Shown one piece after another: positions 28,019 through 36,838 of a stretch of 64,000 nt of DNA (position 1 is its first letter; the number at the start of each line of letters is the position of its first letter). Both the position numbers and the translations under genes were made by a program. This stretch comes from Desulfuromonadales bacterium (lineage in GTDB: Bacteria; Desulfobacterota; Desulfuromonadia; Desulfuromonadales; JAWOCM01): contig JAWOCM010000091.1 in the NCBI GenBank assembly GCA_046483795.1, positions 1 through 64,000 of the forward strand, written 5' to 3'. A model generated the notes under the pieces. It had not been told where the DNA came from, did no database searches, and worked only from the letters and a program-made list of their open reading frames with translations.

Positions 28019-29016
28019 CGCGTGTTGTTCTCCAGTTCTGGATCGTTGCTGCATTGATATTTCCCTTCGAGATAATCGACAATCCTCTGCATGTCCTCAG
28101 GAAGGGGAGCCTCGAAGTTCAGGTCCTCCCCGGTGGCAGGATGAGTGAATCCGAGCAGCCTGGCATGCAGGGCCTGGCGCCCGAGCTGACCTGCCAGACG
28201 ACGCAAGCCGGTATCGGCCAGAGCATTGATCCGGGCTGGACGGCTGTAGACCGGATCACCGAGAATCGGCCGGTTCATCTCCGCGAGATGAACCCGGATC
28301 TGGTGGGTACGCCCTGTTTCAAGCGCCAGTTCAACCAGAGTGATCCGGTCCCGGTCATAGCGCTTCCGAACCTGCCAGTGCGTCACCGCCCGCCGACCGG
28401 TCCGCCCGGTTCCGCTCATTTTCTTGCGGTGCACCGGATGACGGCCCAGTGGACTGTCGATGGTCCCCATTTCGTTCTGAAAGAGTCCGCAAACCAGGGC
28501 GACATAGCGCCTGGCAATGCTGTGTAATTTGAATTGGCGGCTGAGGTCCTGATGGGCGGCATCGTTTTTCGCCGCCACCATGACGCCGGAGGTGTCCTTG
28601 TCCAGACGATGGACGATCCCCGGCCGCAATTCGCCGCTGATTCCGGAAAGGTCCCTGCAATGATATAGAAGGGCGTTGACCAGGGTTCCGGAATGGTGTC
28701 CAGCGGCCGGATGAACAACCATCCCGGCCGGCTTGTTGATGACAATGAGATCGCTGTCCTGATAAAGAATTTCGAGGGGGATATTTTCCGGAAGTGTTTC
28801 GACAGGCATCGCTTCAGGGATGTCGACCCGAAGCTCCTCGCCTCCGCGAAGTTTGAGGGCGGCCCGCACGGCCGTTCCGTCAATCGTCACCCGCCCTTCT
28901 TCGATCAGCTTCTTGATCTGGGAACGGGATTTTTCCGGCAACTTTTCGGCCAGGTAGAGGTCGAGACGTTGCGGGATTCTTCCCCGGCCGAAGACAAAGC
29001 GGGATATGGGCGCCAT
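28015..29016 (-). CDS. rluD: RluA family pseudouridine synthase (RluD-like)
   Basis: 333 aa with an S4 domain (RLDLYLAEKL) and the catalytic motif GIVHRLDKDTSGVMV. Confidence 0.85.
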   Translation of the reverse strand: MAPISRFVFGRGRIPQRLDLYLAEKLPEKSRSQIKKLIEEGRVTIDGTAVRAALKLRGGEELRVDIPEAMPVETLPENIPLEILYQDSDLIVINKPAGMVVHPAAGHHSGTLVNALLYHCRDLSGISGELRPGIVHRLDKDTSGVMVAAKNDAAHQDLSRQFKLHSIARRYVALVCGLFQNEMGTIDSPLGRHPVHRKKMSGTGRTGRRAVTHWQVRKRYDRDRITLVELALETGRTHQIRVHLAEMNRPILGDPVYSRPARINALADTGLRRLAGQLGRQALHARLLGFTHPATGEDLNFEAPLPEDMQRIVDYLEGKYQCSNDPELENNTR

Positions 29017-29286
29017 TTACCAGATGGAACTTTCGATCTTGCCGGCCTGCTTGATCATGACATCGACCACGGCGCGATCAAAGAGATGGTCGCGCTCCTG
29101 CATCTCGGGCGTTACACGGCTATGAAAATGCTCTCGACCTTCCTGGAGTTCCTCGTCCAGAACCTCGAAGATGTTATCGTTCTTGATTCCTTCCTTCACC
29201 TTGTCCTGATTATACAGGGCGATATCGGAGATGATCGCCCTGGCCAGACGAAAAGCCAGGTCAGGATTATCCACCATCTTGGCCAT
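29017..29286 (-). CDS. Hypothetical small protein (89 aa), abutting rluD
   Basis: Clean 89-aa ORF (MAKMVDNPDLAFRLARAIISDIALYNQDKVKEGIKN...). Its TAA stop is immediately adjacent to the rluD ATG. I recognise no family. Confidence 0.55.
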   Translation of the reverse strand: MAKMVDNPDLAFRLARAIISDIALYNQDKVKEGIKNDNIFEVLDEELQEGREHFHSRVTPEMQERDHLFDRAVVDVMIKQAGKIESSIW

Positions 29287-29331
29287 TGTTCTTTCCCTTC
29301 AGTTAATCGCAAAAAAAATAACCGACCGTTC

Positions 29332-30765
29332 CTAACGCGGAGTGAAGGCCAGATACATCAGGCTGTCGCCGCGCCGGATAAACATGCGGAGCGGTCTGTT
29401 CTTTTTAACACGTTTTATCGCAGCAGCAAAGTCTTCAACGCTGTTGACCTCCTGACCGCCCAGAGAAAGTATGATATCGCCGGGCCGGATGCCGACCTCG
29501 TCGGCAACGCTGCGTGAATCGACCGATTCGACAAGAACACCCTCTCCATCGGCGGTGGAAACCGACAGTCCCTGCCAGCCCTGAACGACTTCAGGCTCGA
29601 GCTTTTCTTCGCCAGAGACTTTTTCCCTCTCGCGAGCGGTAATTTCCACGGTCAGGGTCTCCCTCTCCCCGCCGCGCAAAATCTCGAGTTCGGCTTCGCT
29701 CCCTGCCGGCGCGCTCGCCACCAGAAGTTGCAGCTCCCGAACGCCGCGCACCTCTCGTCCATTGAAGGTCAACAGGATATCGCCTCGCATCAGGCCGGCC
29801 TTTTCTGCGGGAGTGCCGGAAATCACGTCGGTCACCAGGGCTCCGGTCGCACGCTCCAGACCGAATGATTTCGCCAGATCCCGGGTCAGGGGCTGGATTT
29901 TCACCCCGAGCCAGCCACGAGTCACTTCCCCGTCCTCGATGAGCTGGTCGGAAATCAGCTTGGCGAGGTTGATCGGAATGGCGAAGCCGATGCCCCGACC
30001 TGCAGCAACGATCGCGGTATTGACGCCGACCACTTCGCCATAGATATTAAGCAGTGGTCCGCCCGAATTGCCCGGATTGATCGAGGCATCGGTCTGGATG
30101 AAATCTTCGTATTCCTCAATACCCACATTAGCCCGGCTTTTGGCCGAGATAACACCGACCGTCAACGTCCGGTCGAGGCCGAAGGGATTGCCGATGGCCA
30201 GTGCCCACTGGCCGACCTGCAGATCGTCCGAATCCCCCAACACAACCGTCGGCAGTTTTTTCTCGGTCTCCACCTTGATGACCGCCACGTCGGTGCGCGG
30301 ATCTGTACCAACGAGCTTCGCGGGGTATTCGCTCTGGTCGGAAAGCCTGACCCTGATTTCCTCCGCTCCGGCAACGACATGTTCATTGGTGAGGATGTAA
30401 CCGTCTTCGGTCAGAAGAAACCCTGAGCCGAGACTCTGTTCGAGACGTTCGGGGCGTTGCTGCTCACCGAACAGATCTCCGAAAAACTCCTCGAAAAGCG
30501 GATGAATCCGGCTGGAAGTTGTCCGTGCGGCACGAATATTGACCACCGACGGCGTCACCTTGTCCGAGACGTCGATGAAGGCGTTCTGAGTCGCCAGAAG
30601 TTCCTCGGCCGGTTTCTCCACCGGTGGCCTTGCCTCCCGGTCACTGACGAAAATCGGAATGGAGGCCTCTTCTTCCTTGCTGCAACCGGTCAGGGTTGCG
30701 AGTCCGAAAACTCCGAGAGCAAAAAGCAGAAGGCCAGGGAAGGAAGTCCTTTTCTGAAAGTTCAC
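29332..30765 (-). CDS. Do/DegP/HtrA family serine endopeptidase with two PDZ domains
   Basis: Track ORF 29332..30813. The in-frame GTG at 30765 is preferred: it has GGGGAG at 6-nt spacing and gives a lipoprotein-like signal (VNFQKRTSFPGLLLFALGVFGLATLTGC). Catalytic motifs TNEHV, DVAV and GNSGGPL are present. Confidence 0.85.
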   Translation of the reverse strand: MNFQKRTSFPGLLLFALGVFGLATLTGCSKEEEASIPIFVSDREARPPVEKPAEELLATQNAFIDVSDKVTPSVVNIRAARTTSSRIHPLFEEFFGDLFGEQQRPERLEQSLGSGFLLTEDGYILTNEHVVAGAEEIRVRLSDQSEYPAKLVGTDPRTDVAVIKVETEKKLPTVVLGDSDDLQVGQWALAIGNPFGLDRTLTVGVISAKSRANVGIEEYEDFIQTDASINPGNSGGPLLNIYGEVVGVNTAIVAAGRGIGFAIPINLAKLISDQLIEDGEVTRGWLGVKIQPLTRDLAKSFGLERATGALVTDVISGTPAEKAGLMRGDILLTFNGREVRGVRELQLLVASAPAGSEAELEILRGGERETLTVEITAREREKVSGEEKLEPEVVQGWQGLSVSTADGEGVLVESVDSRSVADEVGIRPGDIILSLGGQEVNSVEDFAAAIKRVKKNRPLRMFIRRGDSLMYLAFTPR

Positions 30766-30897
30766 GATGTTCTCCCCGTCGACATGGTCAGCAATAAAGC
30801 TGGAAGGACGCACCCCCGCAACAACTGAGAAAGATTAACGAAAAACAACCCTTCTGTCAACGAGAAGCGACGGCATCGACCCGCTTCCTCGCCGGCT

Positions 30898-31626
30898 TCA
30901 TTTGCGGATCTGCCGGAGGAACTGCAAAAGCTCCTCGTGGCTACCGCGGTAGTCTGGAGTGAACGACTCCTCGCGATCGACAGCCCACGTCTCGACCAGG
31001 AAGGTCGGCATGCCGACACGGCTGGCGGCCAGATCATGGCCGGTATCATTTCCGACCATCAGGCACTGGGAAGGCGCAACACCGAGACTGTCAGCAAGAT
31101 CGAGGAAATAGCGGGGCGAAGGCTTGCAGAAGCGGCTGTTTTCCAGAGTGGTCACACCGGTGAATTCGTAATCGTTGAGGCCACCCCAGTCCAGGCGGGC
31201 ATTGATCACGGATCGGGAAAAAACCGGGTTGGTGGCGATGACAACCGGAAGATCCCGTTCGAAGCATATATCGACAAGGGAGCGGGCTTCGGGAACAGTA
31301 CTGACCAGCGGAGCAAGTTCCCCCAAGCCGTCCTTGCAGAAATCGGCGAGACGCTCCCGATACAGATCAGCAGGGATGTCCAGATCCCGCTCGAGAGCAT
31401 CCAAAAAACGCTCCTCATTGCTGCAGCCTCCGTCTTCGACGTGAACCAGAGAATAGACGGCCTGCAGAGCGACCTGCGCGAACTTCGGAAGGGCAGCGCG
31501 GTCGAGAAAGTGCCGTCCGAGCCCCGTCACATAGGCTGGGATGAAATGGCTCATCTCAACCTGGACAAGGGTTCCATCGAGATCAAAGAGTACAGCCCGG
31601 ATAGCGCTGGTGTCTGATTTATTCAT
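30898..31626 (-). CDS. HAD family hydrolase
   Basis: Track ORF 30898..31683. ATG 31626 gives MNKSDTSAIRAVLFDLDGTLV (HAD motif I). Motif IV is MVGNDTGHD. Confidence 0.8.
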   Translation of the reverse strand: MNKSDTSAIRAVLFDLDGTLVQVEMSHFIPAYVTGLGRHFLDRAALPKFAQVALQAVYSLVHVEDGGCSNEERFLDALERDLDIPADLYRERLADFCKDGLGELAPLVSTVPEARSLVDICFERDLPVVIATNPVFSRSVINARLDWGGLNDYEFTGVTTLENSRFCKPSPRYFLDLADSLGVAPSQCLMVGNDTGHDLAASRVGMPTFLVETWAVDREESFTPDYRGSHEELLQFLRQIRK

Positions 31627-31781
31627 CAAGTCACTCCATTTCGACTCAAGATAGCACAATCTCTCTTTCCGGGCAATCGTCACCGGGAGGAAGGCCCGGC
31701 CGGAGAAAGGTCTTGACTGGACTGATTTTGCAGGTTAAAACGCTAAACATAGAAACTGCCCACAGAGGACTCGGAAGACAC

Positions 31782-32375
31782 ATGGAAAACATCCGCGAAG
31801 AGGTCACGGAACTGCAGATCGGCGTCAAGGTCCGGCGGCTGCGCCAGGAGAAAAGGCTGACTCTCCAGGCCCTCTCCGACCGCAGCGGCCTGTCGAAGCC
31901 GTTGTTATCGCAGATAGAAAACGACCAGGTCATCCCCCCCATCGCCACCTTGTTGCGCATCTCCCACGCCCTCAAAGTAGAGATCAGCACTTTTTTCCAA
32001 GAGGAGGAAGGTGAAGAGAACTGCATCGTTGTGCGTGCCGATGAGCGCAAAAAGCTCCAGCGGCGAATCAGCACCGGCGAGAACAAACCGCCCTATGTCT
32101 ACCATTCGCTGGCTTACGGACAAAAACAGAAAAACATCGAGCCCCTTCTGGTCGAATTCGATGTCCAGCAATGGCGCGACGACATGCAGGTCAGTCACGA
32201 AGGCGAGGAATTCCTCTTCATTCTCGAGGGACAGCTCGAACTGCACTACGGCGATACCGTCGTCACCCTCGGACCTGGAGATTCGGTCTATTACGAATCG
32301 ACCGAACCCCACGGCTTCGTGGCAAGCGGCGAGGGACGTTCCCGGGCGGTTGCCGTCGTCTATTCCAAAGACTGA
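31782..32375 (+). CDS. XRE family HTH regulator with C-terminal cupin domain
   Basis: Track ORF 31713..32375; ATG 31782 is used. HTH: IGVKVRRLRQEKRLTLQALSDRSGLSKPLLSQIEND. Cupin: HEGEEFLFILEGQLELHYGD...YYESTEPHG. Confidence 0.8.
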   Translation: MENIREEVTELQIGVKVRRLRQEKRLTLQALSDRSGLSKPLLSQIENDQVIPPIATLLRISHALKVEISTFFQEEEGEENCIVVRADERKKLQRRISTGENKPPYVYHSLAYGQKQKNIEPLLVEFDVQQWRDDMQVSHEGEEFLFILEGQLELHYGDTVVTLGPGDSVYYESTEPHGFVASGEGRSRAVAVVYSKD

Positions 32376-32425
32376 AGGGTCCTGCGCTTGACATCCGCCA
32401 CGACTCACCTATCTTTTTAATTCAG

Positions 32426-32579
32426 ACTTATAACCCAAAAGAAGGTCGTCTCAACGCAAAGACGCAAAGATTGAAAACATGACGCAAAGAAAGGCACGAA
32501 GGGCATCCTCTTTCCCCTTTGCGTCTTTCAGTTTTCTTGGCGTCTTAGCGCTAAAGCCTTTGTTTTGGTTATAGGCCCG
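32426..32579 (+). mobile_element. Hairpin MITE-like element, family C (ACGCAAAG words), full copy
   Basis: Terminal inverted repeats are ACTTATAACCCAAAAGAAGG and the reverse complement of CCTTTGTTTTGGTTATAGGCCCG. The arms of about 70 nt are made of ACGCAAAG/CTTTGCGT words. It is flanked by the imperfect direct repeat TTTTAATTCAG (32415..32425) / TTTTAATTTCAG (32580..32591). Confidence 0.75.
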
Positions 32580-32600
32580 TTTTAATTTCAGTCAATCAAA

Positions 32601-32647
32601 TTGGCATCGAAAAAAGTCATTTTCGACACCAAGACACCAAGAAGAAC
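32601..32647 (-). repeat. Half copy of family B element directly upstream of elbB
   Basis: TTGGCATCGAAAAAAGTCATTTTCGACACCAAGACACCAAGAAGAAC aligns with the left half of 20715..20844. It ends at the elbB ribosome binding site (AGGAAGGAGG). Confidence 0.7.
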
Positions 32648-32667
32648 TTATTAGGAAGGAGGAAATC

Positions 32668-33333
32668 ATGGCAGCAAAAGTCGGCGTCATCCTTTCCGGT
32701 TGCGGCGTCTATGACGGTAGCGAAATCCACGAAGCGGTCATCACCCTTCTCGCCCTCGAGCGGGCAGGAGCTCAGCCCGTATGCATGGCTCCCGACATGG
32801 AGCAGATGCACGTCGTCAATCACCTGACCGGCGAGGAGATGCCCGGTGAAAAACGCAACGTGCTGGTCGAGGCGGCCCGCATCGCCAGAGGAGATATTCA
32901 CGATATCAAGAAAGTCCAGGCCGGCGACCTCGACGCCCTGATCATGCCCGGCGGTTTCGGCGCAGCCAAGAACCTCTGCGATTATGCCGTCAAAGGGGCG
33001 GACTGTGATGTCAACGAGGATGTGGCCCGGCTGGTCCGCGACATGCACGGCGCAAAAAAACCGATTGCCGCGGTGTGCATCGCCCCGGTCATGGTTGCCA
33101 GCATACTCGGCGACGACAAGATCTCCCACAAGCTGACCATAGGCAGCGACGAGGATACAGCCAAGGCTCTTGAGGCGATGGGCAGCAACCACGTCGCGTG
33201 CCCGGTCCGGGAATTCGTCCTGGACGAAGAGAACCGGCTGATCTCCACTCCCGCCTACATGCTGGCCGGAAACGTCTCTGAAGCGGCCGACGGGATCGAG
33301 CGAACGGTGGAGGCCCTGCTGGACATGGTCTAG
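32668..33333 (+). CDS. elbB: Isoprenoid biosynthesis glyoxalase ElbB (DJ-1/PfpI superfamily)
   Basis: 221 aa. The N-terminus VGVILSGCGVYDGSEIHEAVITLLALERAGAQ and PGGFGAAKNL closely parallel E. coli ElbB as I recall it. Confidence 0.85.
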   Translation: MAAKVGVILSGCGVYDGSEIHEAVITLLALERAGAQPVCMAPDMEQMHVVNHLTGEEMPGEKRNVLVEAARIARGDIHDIKKVQAGDLDALIMPGGFGAAKNLCDYAVKGADCDVNEDVARLVRDMHGAKKPIAAVCIAPVMVASILGDDKISHKLTIGSDEDTAKALEAMGSNHVACPVREFVLDEENRLISTPAYMLAGNVSEAADGIERTVEALLDMV

Positions 33334-33384
33334 CCCCCTGTCGGCAAGCTCCCGGTTTTCCCATGATCGAGGAAATAACTGTAA

Positions 33385-33414
33385 GGGCGGGCGGAAACGT
33401 CCGCCCTTTTTTTT
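33385..33414 (+). terminator. Rho-independent terminator after elbB
   Basis: GGGCGGGCG-GAAA-CGTCCGCCC followed by T8. The stem is 9 bp with a GAAA tetraloop. Confidence 0.75.
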
Positions 33415-33455
33415 GCCTGACGAGCGAATTTTCTATCGGAAAAACCTCAGTCCGC

Positions 33456-33483
33456 TTGCCCTGAGCGGGAAATGATCTAGAAT
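33456..33483 (+). promoter_or_regulatory. Sigma70-type promoter candidate for the rubredoxin-ferredoxin-lipBA operon
   Basis: TTGCCC (33456..33461), a 16-nt spacer, then TAGAAT (33478..33483). It lies 49 nt upstream of the rubredoxin ATG. Confidence 0.45.
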
Positions 33484-33531
33484 TGTCTTTCAGACGTTCA
33501 AATCATTCCCGTTATGAAAAGAGGAGGCCCC

Positions 33532-33690
33532 ATGGAAAAGTATCGCTGTGTCATCTGTGATTATATCTACGATCCCGCCGAAGGCGACCCCGGAAGCGGC
33601 GTCAACCCCGGCACCGCATTCGAAGATCTCCCCGAAGATTGGGTATGCCCTCTGTGCGGCGCCGACAAAAGCAATTTCGAGAAGATCTGA
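33532..33690 (+). CDS. rub: Rubredoxin (52 aa)
   Basis: Missing from the ORF track because it is under 60 aa. GAGGAGG lies 5 nt before the ATG. Translation: [52 protein letters not shown], with the canonical CxxC...CPxCG rubredoxin signature. Confidence 0.9.
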   Translation: MEKYRCVICDYIYDPAEGDPGSGVNPGTAFEDLPEDWVCPLCGADKSNFEKI

Positions 33691-33790
33691 CATCAGATCA
33701 GCATCGCCTGGACAGTGGCAGCGGGTGCGGCATCTCGAAAAAGGAATGCCGTGGCCCGAATTGCCTCCTTTAGAGACAAAGGACAGAGTC

Positions 33791-33982
33791 ATGGACGAGA
33801 CCCCTTATGTCGACCAGGATGTCTGTATCAGCTGCAATCTGTGCGTTGACACGGTCCCGGAGGTTTTTCGAATGAACGACGACAGCGTGGCCGAAGTCTA
33901 CGACCCGGCGGGTGCTCCTGAAGAGAAGATCCAGGAGGCGATCGATATTTGTCCAGTCGCCTGCATTCACTGGCAGGAGTAA
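33791..33982 (+). CDS. Small single-cluster ferredoxin (63 aa)
   Basis: Within track ORF 33548..33982, starting at ATG 33791. Sequence MDETPYVDQDVCISCNLCVDTVPEVF...ICPVACIHWQE has the CxxCxxC...CP cluster motif. Confidence 0.8.
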   Translation: MDETPYVDQDVCISCNLCVDTVPEVFRMNDDSVAEVYDPAGAPEEKIQEAIDICPVACIHWQE

Positions 33983-33992
33983 TCACCCGGCC

Positions 33993-34676
33993 ATGACCGA
34001 TTTTCGAACTCTGCGCCCCGGTGTGATCCCCTACGCCGGGGCGCTCGCCCTTCAGCAGGAGTTGGTCGAGAGACGGCGAAGGGGCGGAGAGAACGCTCTG
34101 CTCCTTCTGCAGCACCCGCCCGTGGTGACCCTGGGGCGCGGGGCGCAGCAGGCCGGCATCCTGTGTTCACAGGAAACCCTGGCAAAGCGGGGGATCGACT
34201 TCCTTCGCGTCGGACGCGGCGGCGAGGCGACCTTCCACGGACCGGGGCAGGCCGTGGGCTATCCGATTCTCCACCTCGATCACGTCGGACGCGATGTACA
34301 CCGTTTCCTGCGACTGCTGGAAGAGACTCTGATTCTAGCTCTGCGCCGCCTGAAGATCGAAGGCGGACGAGTCGAGGGCAAGACAGGGGTATGGGTGGAC
34401 GGTAGAAAAGTTGCCTCCATAGGCATCGGTGTGCGACACTGGATCAGCTGGCACGGCTGGGCGCTCAACGTCAGCGACGATCTGTCCGGCTTCGATACGA
34501 TCGTCCCCTGCGGCATGCCCGATGTGCGGATGACATCCGTCTCGCGCCTCCTGGACCGAGCCATACCCGTCCAGGAGGTCGAAGATATCCTCATCGATGC
34601 ATTCGCCGAAACATTCACCCTGAACCACGCAGGATCTTATGAGTTCGAATCCGATACGCAAACCGGACTGGCTTAA
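33993..34676 (+). CDS. lipB: Lipoyl(octanoyl) transferase LipB
   Basis: Track ORF 33912..34676; ATG 33993 is used. Motifs: LLLLQHPPVVTLGRG, RGGEATFHGPGQ, KVASIGI, and the catalytic C in VPCGM. Confidence 0.9.
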   Translation: MTDFRTLRPGVIPYAGALALQQELVERRRRGGENALLLLQHPPVVTLGRGAQQAGILCSQETLAKRGIDFLRVGRGGEATFHGPGQAVGYPILHLDHVGRDVHRFLRLLEETLILALRRLKIEGGRVEGKTGVWVDGRKVASIGIGVRHWISWHGWALNVSDDLSGFDTIVPCGMPDVRMTSVSRLLDRAIPVQEVEDILIDAFAETFTLNHAGSYEFESDTQTGLA

Positions 34677-35526
34677 AGTCCGTTTTCCCGGCGGGCCGGC
34701 CTATGCCCGCATTGATCGCTACCACGAGCAGCAGGGTCTTCATTCGGTCTGCCGCAGCGCAGCCTGCCCCAATCAGGGAGAGTGCTGGAACCGGGGCACG
34801 GCCACATTCATGATCCTCGGCAACGTCTGCACCCGTTCCTGCCGCTTCTGCAATGTCTCTGATGGTACCCCGACCCCGCCCGACGCCGGAGAACCGGCCC
34901 GGATCGCCGAAGCCGTCTCTGAACTCGGCCTCAAGTACGCCGTCATCACCTCGGTCACGCGGGATGACCTCCCCGACGGCGGCGCAGCACACTTCGCCGC
35001 CCAGGTCGAAGCCATCCGCTCAGTCGCTCCCGACTGTCGCATAGAGCTTCTCATCCCCGACCTTCAGGGCGACCGCAGCGCCCTCAGGACGATTCTGGCC
35101 ACCTCGCCGGATGTGGTCGGACACAACCTCGAAACGGTACCACGGTTGTACTCGCAGGCTCGCCAGGGCGCAAACTACCATCGTTCGCTGAAGCTGCTCG
35201 ACGACGCTCGGGCTATTGCGCCGCACATTCCGACCAAAAGCGGCCTGATGCTCGGACTCGAAGAGAACAAGCACGAGGTGCTTGAGACTATGACAGACCT
35301 GCTGGAAGTCGGATGCCGGATTCTCACCCTCGGACAGTACCTGCAGCCGAGCCGCAAGCATCTGCCGGTTGCCCGTTACGTCCCTCCCGAAGAGTTCGAT
35401 CAGCTCGCGGCCGAGGGCAAAACTCTCGGTTTTGATCATGTGGAGGCCGGCCCGCTTGTGCGCTCCAGCTATCAGGCCGACCGTCAGTTCGCAGAGGCCG
35501 GCAAATCCCCGACCGCCACAAAATAA
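34639..35526 (+). CDS. lipA: Lipoyl synthase LipA
   Basis: 295 aa. It has the auxiliary cluster motif (CRSAACPNQGEC) and the radical SAM motif (CTRSCRFCNV). It overlaps lipB by 38 nt. Confidence 0.92.
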   Translation: MSSNPIRKPDWLKVRFPGGPAYARIDRYHEQQGLHSVCRSAACPNQGECWNRGTATFMILGNVCTRSCRFCNVSDGTPTPPDAGEPARIAEAVSELGLKYAVITSVTRDDLPDGGAAHFAAQVEAIRSVAPDCRIELLIPDLQGDRSALRTILATSPDVVGHNLETVPRLYSQARQGANYHRSLKLLDDARAIAPHIPTKSGLMLGLEENKHEVLETMTDLLEVGCRILTLGQYLQPSRKHLPVARYVPPEEFDQLAAEGKTLGFDHVEAGPLVRSSYQADRQFAEAGKSPTATK

Positions 35527-35632
35527 TAGCGCCGAAGCCTGTTGTCGCGACTCCCTCGGACTCTGTTACAATAATATAAAGACAACTCATCAGAGATACG
35601 GATCGAAACGATGGTCCAGGACGGAGACTTGA

Positions 35633-35836
35633 ATGAACAAGGTGAAGACTGTTGGGATCGTTTTGCTTGTCCTGGGGGCCGTTCTTCTCTTTTTCGGCTA
35701 TAATGCGGCGACCGCACCGATGGAGGAAATTGGCGAGGCTCTCACCGGCCGCTATTCCGACGAGACGATGATGTATCTGATTGCCGGAGGCGTATCGGCG
35801 ATCCTCGGGCTTCTCATGTTGATTCGCGGCCGTTGA
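35633..35836 (+). CDS. DUF3185-like small membrane protein (67 aa)
   Basis: Two transmembrane helices (VGIVLLVLGAVLLFFGY and LIAGGVSAILGLLMLI). Size and pattern fit my recollection of DUF3185. Confidence 0.6.
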   Translation: MNKVKTVGIVLLVLGAVLLFFGYNAATAPMEEIGEALTGRYSDETMMYLIAGGVSAILGLLMLIRGR

Positions 35837-35856
35837 CCTCGACCAGGAGAAACGAC

Positions 35857-36186
35857 TTGCGCAAGTACAAAGTTACAGTCCTCGGGCAGAATTTTTTATT
35901 GCCCTGCGATGGTGAACCCCAAAAACTCGGTTTCTCTCAAACCTTTTACCTCAGAGCGACCACGCCTGACAAAGCCTGCGAAGAGGCGACCTCTCGACTC
36001 ACTCGCGATGCCTACCTGATACAGAACGCCCTGAACGGTCCCGGGGATCCTTACCGGCTCGTCGTGGAGTCGGTCAAATGGGCGGGCCCATTCAAGACTT
36101 TCACCAACGGACCCGGAAGACGGACGTTCAATCTGGAAAAAGAGAAAGACCAGATGGATCTGATAGCATCAGGAGGGCAATACTGA
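35857..36186 (+). CDS. Hypothetical protein (about 109 aa)
   Basis: Track ORF 35833..36186. The in-frame TTG at 35857 is preferred because AGGAGA precedes it at 6-nt spacing. I recognise no family. Confidence 0.5.
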   Translation: MRKYKVTVLGQNFLLPCDGEPQKLGFSQTFYLRATTPDKACEEATSRLTRDAYLIQNALNGPGDPYRLVVESVKWAGPFKTFTNGPGRRTFNLEKEKDQMDLIASGGQY

Positions 36187-36187
36187 C

Positions 36188-36736
36188 ATGGGCGGTCTTT
36201 TCAGAACTATTGTGACCGACTTGATGGACAAAAAAATATACATCTTTGTTGCTGTTGTGGTGTTTATCGGAGGCGCCGCAAGCAGTTTGGTCACCAGGGA
36301 TCTCGCAGAAACCCTTCTGCATTTTTTTGGCGAATCGGTCCGGCCGCATATTGTGGGGAAGTCGTTTTTTTCACTTGTCCTGTTCATTGTCAGCCACAAC
36401 GCCGTTGCCTTGCTTCTGATAATCTTCGTCGGAATGATCCTGGCCATTTTTCCGCTGTTGGCTCTTTATGTCAACGGCCTGATCGTCGGAGCAGCTCTGC
36501 TTCACTCTCCCATGTCATGGTGGCAGCTTCTTCCACACGGAATCTTTGAGATCCCGGCCATTCTTTTTGCAGCAGCCTACGGCATCTGGCTCGGCCTGTG
36601 GCCCTTTTCAAAGGGGAAGGCCGATGGACTGCGCAGCCGCCTCAGGACTTGCTCAATCACTTACATCAGGCTTATCCTGCCGCTTCTGATCCTTGCCGGC
36701 GTTATCGAGTCCGCACTTATCAGCCAGATCGGCTGA
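36188..36736 (+). CDS. SpoIIM/DUF95-like integral membrane protein
   Basis: 182 aa, polytopic. The motif LLPHGIFEIPAILFAAAYGIWLG resembles the conserved SpoIIM family core. Confidence 0.6.
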   Translation: MGGLFRTIVTDLMDKKIYIFVAVVVFIGGAASSLVTRDLAETLLHFFGESVRPHIVGKSFFSLVLFIVSHNAVALLLIIFVGMILAIFPLLALYVNGLIVGAALLHSPMSWWQLLPHGIFEIPAILFAAAYGIWLGLWPFSKGKADGLRSRLRTCSITYIRLILPLLILAGVIESALISQIG

Positions 36737-36838
36737 TCCGGAATTTCCCTGCTCTGGCTGACCTGAAGGATATCCGCTCTTTTCGCCAGAGCCGCTCAGC
36801 TGATTCTGTGATTTTCATCTCGAAAAGGGACAAATCCT

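Noticed and set aside
34641-34652. GAGTTCGAATCC, which resembles a tRNA T-loop.
   Set aside because: The flanking bases do not form a T-stem or any cloverleaf. The sequence is inside the lipB/lipA coding overlap.
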